IMG/VR virus record: IMGVR_UViG_3300034104_005687
Location: 285,370 to 349,369 of that record
DNA: 64,000 nt
Reading direction: 5' to 3' (one strand)
Shown: positions 58,947 through 64,000 of the stretch, one piece after another
How positions within the stretch are numbered: the first letter of the stretch is position 1
Layout of the letters: each line of letters begins with the position of its first letter
The notes under the pieces: model-generated
Database searches by the model: none
The model's input: only the letters and a program-made list of their open reading frames with translations
Told to the model about the DNA's origin: nothing
Program-made: the position numbers and the translations under genes

Positions 58947-59951
58947 GTGAACAAACTACTAGCAATTTTATTAGCCGCAGTAACGGTGTCAGCACAAGCT
59001 GCAGACATCACAGGCGCAGGCGCCACTTTCCCGTTCCCAATCTATGCCAAGTGGGCTGAAGCCTACAAGAAAGAAACAGGCATTGGGCTCAACTATCAAT
59101 CAATTGGATCATCGGGCGGCATTAGACAAATCAATTCCAGGACTGTGACGTTTGGCGCAACAGACGCACCTGTTAAGGGCGAAGATCTTGACAAGAATGG
59201 TCAAGTGCAGTTTCCGGCCATCATTGGTGGTACTGTGCCTATTGTTAACTTAGATGGTTTCAAGCCAGGCGAACTACGCATCACAGGACCTGTTATGGCT
59301 GAAGTGTTCATGGGCAACATCTCTAAATGGAATGACCCTAAACTAACAGCATTGAATCCAGGTAAGAATTTACCTAACGAACCAATCACAGTGGTTCACC
59401 GCGCTGATGGTTCAGGCACAACATTCAACTGGACTGACTATCTAAGCACAGTCAGCAAAGAGTTCAATGATAAAGTAGGAAAAGGTGCCGCAGTTAAATG
59501 GCCGGCTGCCACTTCAATTGGTGGCAAAGGCAATGAAGGTGTTGCTGCCAACGTCAACAGAGTTAAGGGCAGTATTGGTTATGTAGAGTATGCTTATGTT
59601 AAGAAAAACAACATGACGTTCCTACAACTACAAAACAAGTCAGGAAAGTATGTTAGCCCAGATGACTTAACATTTGCCGCAGCCGCAGATGGCGCCGATT
59701 GGTTCTCAGTACCTGGCATGGGATTAAGCATTGTTGATCAACGTAATCCTAATGCTTGGCCAGTGAGTTCAGCCAGTTTCATCATCATGTACAAGACTCC
59801 TGCTAACAAAGCCAATAGCGATGAAGTGTTAAAGTTCTTTGACTGGGCATTCAAGAACGGCAAGAAAGATGCTGTAGATTTAGACTACGTGCCATTGCCT
59901 GATGCTCTAACAAAGCAGATCCGTGAACGTGTTTGGACTCAGATCAAGTAA
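58947..59951 (+). CDS. pstS: Phosphate ABC transporter substrate-binding protein
   Basis: GAGATFP, YQSIGS, RADGSGTT, GYVEY. Confidence 0.97.
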   Translation: MNKLLAILLAAVTVSAQAADITGAGATFPFPIYAKWAEAYKKETGIGLNYQSIGSSGGIRQINSRTVTFGATDAPVKGEDLDKNGQVQFPAIIGGTVPIVNLDGFKPGELRITGPVMAEVFMGNISKWNDPKLTALNPGKNLPNEPITVVHRADGSGTTFNWTDYLSTVSKEFNDKVGKGAAVKWPAATSIGGKGNEGVAANVNRVKGSIGYVEYAYVKKNNMTFLQLQNKSGKYVSPDDLTFAAAADGADWFSVPGMGLSIVDQRNPNAWPVSSASFIIMYKTPANKANSDEVLKFFDWAFKNGKKDAVDLDYVPLPDALTKQIRERVWTQIK

Positions 59952-59997
59952 ATCGACCACAACGATAGAGTGGCGCTGGAACTCGTAACCAGCATGC

Positions 59998-60023
59998 AAA
60001 AAGGCTACTTTGATAGCCTTTTT
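59998..60023 (+). terminator. Intrinsic terminator
   Basis: AAAAAGGCTA..TAGCCTTTTT. Confidence 0.8.
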
Positions 60024-60025
60024 CT

Positions 60026-60207
60026 TTGACTTTTTTGTTGCAGGCATATATAATGCACTATGATGACAGCAATCGCATTCACCGTGAAAAACATACCGGC
60101 CATTTGTGAGCAGGCCTATGAGCATGATTACCCGCGAGGTCTTTGTCGTTGTAGTTAACAAAAGTACTACATTCTGCAAAGACCCGCACACTAGGCGGGT
60201 TTTTTTA
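60026..60207 (+). promoter_or_regulatory. Attenuator-like unit 1: promoter, 32-aa leader ORF (60060-60158), antiterminator, terminator
   Basis: TTGACT-17-TATAAT; 60138-60146 pairs with 60176-60184, overlapping terminator 60181-60207. Confidence 0.6.
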
Positions 60208-60311
60208 TGGCGGTAGACACAATATTCACAATTTGCTACAATAGAAACAAGTTAGGAAATACAGCAAAGTTTGCAAAGACCCTACAAATTGAAGGGCTTT
60301 TGCAAAACAAG

Positions 60312-60393
60312 TTGACCAGTAAAACACAAGATGTTATACTAGAGACTAGTTAGGAAATAGTAGATCGAGACTGTTTTCAAAGTTCGTTAAAAA
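60312..60393 (+). promoter_or_regulatory. Sigma70 promoter and boxA-like element for tRNA array
   Basis: TTGACC-17-TATACT; GTTCGTTAAAAA at 60382. Confidence 0.55.
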
Positions 60394-60429
60394 ATTCAAG
60401 TTTGTATAGTGTACTCGGGCTTGCTCGGG

Positions 60430-60696
60430 CACTATATGTAAACACATTAAGGTTACCTACACTGTTAGGGGTGAACGAAAAGGCGTTGAAGAAGTACTTC
60501 GGTACACGGCCTTGATACCCATGAAGCAGGAAGCCCGAAATAGATACCTGAGCCTATACCAAAGGCAACGAGCGGTTGAAATAGGGAACAACTTCTGGGA
60601 ATGCGACAGGCTAAACAGTAGGCTGTAATGAGAAAAAATGTAAACTAACAGGTGGTGCTGAGTTTATATCCTCCCTTAATGTTTTTTCATATAGTG
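60430..60696 (+). ncRNA. Stem-closed putative small RNA
   Basis: CACTATATG.AAACACATTAAGG pairs with CCTTAATGTTTTTTCATATAGTG. Confidence 0.5.
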
Positions 60697-60704
60697 ATTT
60701 TTTT

Positions 60705-60780
60705 GGTCTTAAAGTGTTCATGGACGCACGATGGCTTGTCACGCCATAAGAGTGGGGATCGTTACCCCCTAAGACCGCCA
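60705..60780 (+). tRNA. tRNA-Asp (GTC)
   Basis: Cloverleaf, atypical T loop, CCA. Confidence 0.82.
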
Positions 60781-60859
60781 AGTTTTGAGAGCCACATCGC
60801 CCTGATACTTCCCTCGGTAACGAGGCACTAGGTCTTGCAACCGTGGCTCTCCTCTTTTT

Positions 60860-60934
60860 GCTGGGTTCGTCTATCGGTTAGGACACAAGCCTTTCACGTT
60901 TGTAAGACGGGTTCGATTCCCGTACCCAGTACCA
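60860..60934 (+). tRNA. tRNA-Glu (TTC)
   Basis: Cloverleaf, CCA. Confidence 0.9.
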
Positions 60935-60938
60935 TTTT

Positions 60939-61024
60939 GGAGATGTAGGAAAATTGGTAACCCCAGTGGACTGTAAATCCGCCGCCTTACGGCACTACTG
61001 GTTCGACTCCAGTCGTCTCCACCA
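60939..61024 (+). tRNA. tRNA-Tyr (GTA)
   Basis: Type II cloverleaf, CCA. Confidence 0.9.
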
Positions 61025-61231
61025 ATGAACGTTCCGGGTGTCTCCGGATAGTGTGACCCACACGATGAGAAGTTGAGTGACATCAACGGGTGGTAGTCTT
61101 TGAACCCAAAGGCCGCTGGCAATGCGAGAACGGTCCCTGTCGGGAAGCGGGTGGAAGGTACGTGTGATGGGTACGATAGCGTCGTATCTTGATGTACTAC
61201 AATTACCGCCGGGGGATGCAGAGCATTTTTG

Positions 61232-61389
61232 TTTTTATAGTCAAGCATCGATACAGGTATCGTGACAGGACGCTGTCACTATTCGGGCCTAACTGTGCGA
61301 GGAACAGGTCCTGACATAACTGCTATTCGCTTGTCAGTGTTAGCTACATTGTTGACAAATCGGCATCTCTCGGTGCTTGACTATAAAAA
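61232..61389 (+). ncRNA. Stem-closed putative small RNA
   Basis: 20-bp closing stem 61232-61251 / 61370-61389. Confidence 0.5.
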
Positions 61390-61392
61390 TAT

Positions 61393-61470
61393 GTAGGGGT
61401 GGCAGAGTGGTCAAATGCAACGGATTGCAAATCCGTAAAGCCGTGAGTTCAAATCTCACTCCCTACTCCA
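61393..61470 (+). tRNA. tRNA-Cys (GCA)
   Basis: Cloverleaf, U73, CCA. Confidence 0.88.
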
Positions 61471-61557
61471 TTGATAAACACATTCACAGATCCGCCCTGT
61501 TACCTAGGGAGTCAGCGAGTAACCGCTTATGGACTGTTCAAGAGTGTGTTTTTCAAT

Positions 61558-61649
61558 GGGAGTGAGACTTGGTAGTCAGAGAGGTCTTATATACCTTTTA
61601 GCGCCAGATTAGCGTTCTTGAGAGAGTTCGATCCTCTCCACTCCTACCA
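61558..61649 (+). tRNA. Atypical tRNA with TAT anticodon and long variable arm
   Basis: GGGAGTG/CACTCCT acceptor, GAGGT-CTTATAT-ACCTT, T arm, CCA. Confidence 0.65.
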
Positions 61650-61659
61650 TAAATAATGG

Positions 61660-61735
61660 CGCAGTGTGTTAGAAGCGGTATCTGGCAAGGCTCATAACCT
61701 TGAGGTCGGGGGTTCGATTCCCTCCACTGCAACCA
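61660..61735 (+). tRNA. tRNA-fMet-like (CAT)
   Basis: C1xA72 mismatch, CCA. Confidence 0.82.
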
Positions 61736-61793
61736 ATTTGAGTCGTGTGATATAAATATCACACAAGAGCTTCTTGAGGTCAACCTCAAGAAG

Positions 61794-62004
61794 TAAATAA
61801 AGTACAATAGGACTTATGATGCAAACAATCATTCATTCACAGTTAAAATCCGCAATGTGCCCCCAGACACTGGTCTGGTCACGCGGCTTTACATCTGCGA
61901 ATAGTATTCCAGGGTCACCTGGGTCCTTTGAAGGCGAGAAGATTCTAAAAGTCTAACTCGCACAAATTCAAAAGGACCCCGGGACTAAAAACCCCGGGGT
62001 TTTT
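61794..62004 (+). promoter_or_regulatory. Attenuator-like unit 2: 46-aa leader ORF (61816-61956), antiterminator, terminator
   Basis: 61921-61932 pairs with 61967-61979, overlapping terminator 61976-62004. Confidence 0.6.
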
Positions 62005-62186
62005 CTTTTAGTGCAACGGCAACGCGAGCCGGCAACACTCTAAACTGCAAATGGGCGGCCTGTAGGATGGAGCACTTCTTCTAGTGTGAAAAATTACAGC
62101 GTATTAAAGCATTCTTTAAGAACAGGCAGCCTAAGTATTTTAGAGTGCTTTAATACACACATTCCTAAGAGTGTGTTTGAAAATTT

Positions 62187-62261
62187 GGGCTGATAGTGAT
62201 AATGGGAGCACAGTGGCTTTGCAAGCCTCGGGTCGGGGTTCGATCCCCCGTCGGTCCACCA
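62187..62261 (+). tRNA. tRNA-Ala (TGC)
   Basis: G3-U70, CCA. Confidence 0.9.
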
Positions 62262-62266
62262 AATAG

Positions 62267-62340
62267 GTATCCATAGTGTAATGGCAGCATCGCGGTCTCC
62301 AAAACCGTCAGTCTAGGTTCGAGTCCTAGTGGGTACGCCA
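62267..62340 (+). tRNA. tRNA-Trp (CCA)
   Basis: Cloverleaf, CCA. Confidence 0.9.
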
Positions 62341-62348
62341 AGTTTTGT

Positions 62349-62422
62349 TCGGGTATAGTGTAATGGTAACACCACAGACTTTGACTCTGTTATTCTAGGT
62401 TCGAGCCCTAGTACCCGTGCCA
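62349..62422 (+). tRNA. tRNA-Gln (TTG)
   Basis: Cloverleaf, CCA. Confidence 0.9.
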
Positions 62423-62430
62423 GTTTCGTT

Positions 62431-62504
62431 GCTCGGTTAGTTAAATGGTATAACGGACGCTTGATAAGCGTTTATTACAAGTTCAATTCTTGTACTGAGC
62501 ACCA
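62431..62504 (+). tRNA. tRNA-Ile (GAT)
   Basis: Cloverleaf, CCA. Confidence 0.9.
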
Positions 62505-62549
62505 ATTTTTGTAGGCGGTCACAGAGCCGTCTATAAGTAAAAAGTTCAT

Positions 62550-62639
62550 GGTGCGGTCCTATAATGGTATTAGAGCGGATTGCTAATCCGTCGCTCGGTG
62601 AAAGCCGGGTTCTGAGTTCGAGTCTCAGTCGCACCGCCA
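62550..62639 (+). tRNA. tRNA-Ser (GCT)
   Basis: Type II cloverleaf, CCA. Confidence 0.9.
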
Positions 62640-62645
62640 GAATAT

Positions 62646-62721
62646 TCCCCAGTAGCACAGCGGTAGTTGCACTTGACTGTTAATCAAGGTGTCCGTGGTT
62701 CGATCCCACGCTGGGGAGCCA
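62646..62721 (+). tRNA. tRNA-Asn (GTT)
   Basis: Cloverleaf, CCA. Confidence 0.9.
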
Positions 62722-62726
62722 AGTTT

Positions 62727-62800
62727 GCCCTATTAGTATAATGGTATTACACCTGTTTTGTAATCAGGTTACGGCAGTTCGATTCTGTCATGGGGCACCA
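62727..62800 (+). tRNA. tRNA-Thr (TGT)
   Basis: Cloverleaf, CCA. Confidence 0.9.
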
Positions 62801-62807
62801 AAACAAC

Positions 62808-62881
62808 GCGGGATTAGTTTAATGGTCAAACGAAACCTTGCCAAGGTTTAGTCAGGAGTTCGATTCTCCTATCCCGCTCCA
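62808..62881 (+). tRNA. tRNA-Gly (GCC)
   Basis: Cloverleaf, CCA. Confidence 0.9.
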
Positions 62882-62885
62882 TCTT

Positions 62886-62959
62886 GCTCCTATAGTATAA
62901 TGGTAATACACGCCCTTGGTAAGGGCGAGCCGCAAGTTCAATTCTCGCTAGGAGCACCA
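62886..62959 (+). tRNA. tRNA-Thr (GGT)
   Basis: Cloverleaf, CCA. Confidence 0.88.
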
Positions 62960-63014
62960 TTTACAAGTCTACACTCTCCCTTGACGAGCTAGGTCCCTGG
63001 ACTTTTGTTTCACT

Positions 63015-63092
63015 GCGTCTCTAGTTCAACTGGATAGAACACCGGCCTACGAAGCCGTGAGGTTGGGGATTCGAATTCCTCGGGACGCACCA
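63015..63092 (+). tRNA. tRNA-Arg (ACG)
   Basis: Cloverleaf, CCA. Confidence 0.85.
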
Positions 63093-63100
63093 AACAGCAG

Positions 63101-63129
63101 TTGACAACATTCTGTGATTGTTGTATAAT
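63101..63129 (+). promoter_or_regulatory. Consensus sigma70 promoter inside tRNA array
   Basis: TTGACA-17-TATAAT. Confidence 0.85.
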
Positions 63130-63239
63130 AATATTTTTGACACAAAGAGGTAATGACATGAAACGAGGTAAACTCTAGTGTCATCCTAGACCCCGTATGG
63201 TCCTGGATGGCACGATAAAGACAATTCTTTACGATCCAT

Positions 63240-63314
63240 CCCTTCGAGATGTTATGGTAGCATAGCGGACTCTTAATCCGACAAGCGTCAGTTCGACTCT
63301 GACCGGAGGGACCA
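63240..63314 (+). tRNA. tRNA-Lys (CTT)
   Basis: Cloverleaf with A8, CCA. Confidence 0.8.
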
Positions 63315-63317
63315 TAT

Positions 63318-63392
63318 GGGGGTATAACTTAACGGCTAAAGTAGTAGGCTTTTAACCTATTAATCAGAGTTCGATTCTCTGTGCCCCTACCA
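63318..63392 (+). tRNA. tRNA-Lys (TTT)
   Basis: Cloverleaf, CCA. Confidence 0.9.
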
Positions 63393-63474
63393 TATAAAAA
63401 CACATTACAAGCGGTATCGCTTTTCGGCAAAGCCCGTGCCAAAGTAGTCAGTCTAGGATAGTGTGTTTCTATAT

Positions 63475-63549
63475 GGTGTCCATAGTTTAGTGGTAAAACC
63501 GCGGGTTGTGATTCCGCTATCACGAGTTCGATTCTCGTTGGATACCCCA
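63475..63549 (+). tRNA. tRNA-His (GTG)
   Basis: G-1:C73, CCA. Confidence 0.9.
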
Positions 63550-63559
63550 AAATATTTTG

Positions 63560-63634
63560 GGTTGTATGACATAGACGGATGTGTACCGGCTTCATAAGCC
63601 GAGGAGGTTGGATCGATACCAACTACAACCACCA
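63560..63634 (+). tRNA. tRNA-Met (CAT)
   Basis: Cloverleaf, CCA. Confidence 0.82.
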
Positions 63635-63635
63635 A

Positions 63636-63710
63636 GGGCCTTTAGTTCAACGGATAGAATGCCATGCTTCGAACTTGGCGATGTGGGTTCGATTCCTGCA
63701 GGGCCCGCCA
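63636..63710 (+). tRNA. tRNA-Arg (TCG)
   Basis: Cloverleaf, CCA. Confidence 0.88.
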
Positions 63711-63711
63711 G

Positions 63712-63882
63712 TTAGATGTTTTCGATAAAATTCAATGCGTCTTCCATGTTGGTAAAATATCGCATGGTCAGGCGTTCGTTGTAAATATCGTTGACAAAGA
63801 TGTAGCACACAGATGCATCGTGGTTGACGGATAGGTGTATATGAGCCCATCCGTTGGCAGCAAAGAAGTCACGTTGTTGCAT
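63712..63882 (-). CDS. 56-aa hypothetical protein antisense between two tRNAs
   Basis: Minus-strand TAAATA at 63887-63892, 4 nt before ATG; fills the spacer exactly. Confidence 0.55.
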   Translation of the reverse strand: MQQRDFFAANGWAHIHLSVNHDASVCYIFVNDIYNERLTMRYFTNMEDALNFIENI

Positions 63883-63894
63883 CAAGTATTTATT

Positions 63895-63968
63895 GCGGGG
63901 TTCGTATAGTGGTAATACCTTAGCCTTCCAAGCTAAAGCGAGGGGTTCGATTCCCCTACCCCGCTCCA
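63895..63968 (+). tRNA. tRNA-Gly (TCC)
   Basis: Cloverleaf, CCA. Confidence 0.92.
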
Positions 63969-64000
63969 AAGGATTATAACATGATAATTGAAAGCACATC

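Noticed and set aside
60787-60851. Theta/HDV-like or hammerhead ribozyme call
   Set aside because: I could not fit the nested double pseudoknot or the CUGANGA/GAAA core by eye; kept only as an unknown motif.
60871-63635. ORF-track hits across the tRNA array
   Set aside because: They are shadows of tRNA genes, mostly antisense.
1-64000. Stop-codon reassignment
   Set aside because: Genes are intact in the standard code, all three stops terminate genes, and no suppressor tRNA was seen.

Overview
A 64-kb segment of a large lytic T4-like (jumbo-type) phage genome in the standard genetic code. The host is probably a Burkholderiales betaproteobacterium, inferred from the Bug/TctC, porin, PstS and AhpC/D genes. 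In order it holds: (1-9.5 kb, plus 15.7-17.1 kb) probable virion-internal cargo proteins with T4 capsid-targeting-like N-termini, including a 1408-aa nucleotidyltransferase/peptidase/amidoligase polyprotein, GNAT and NUDIX; (9.5-15.4 kb and scattered) glycan and radical-SAM modification genes; (17-22 kb) family B DNA polymerase and sliding clamp; (22-35 kb) a 7-deazaguanine DNA-modification set (DpdA-like, DpdL-like, FolE, QueD, QueE; no QueC seen) mixed with sugar enzymes; RNase H; oxidative-stress genes; two TctC proteins; a circularly permuted tmRNA; a porin; a Pho-box-preceded plcP-GT-pstS locus; and 25 tRNA or tRNA-like genes. The strongest novelty candidate is an exact 19-bp repeat (AGCAAGGTGTGGCGGAAGG, encoding QGVAEG) that flanks in-frame, AT-rich domain cassettes inside the cargo polyproteins. 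It may act both as a DNA recombination site and as a head-protease cleavage site. Second is a pair of leader-peptide attenuators placed in front of the tRNA blocks. All family calls are from motifs read by eye; no database search was run.
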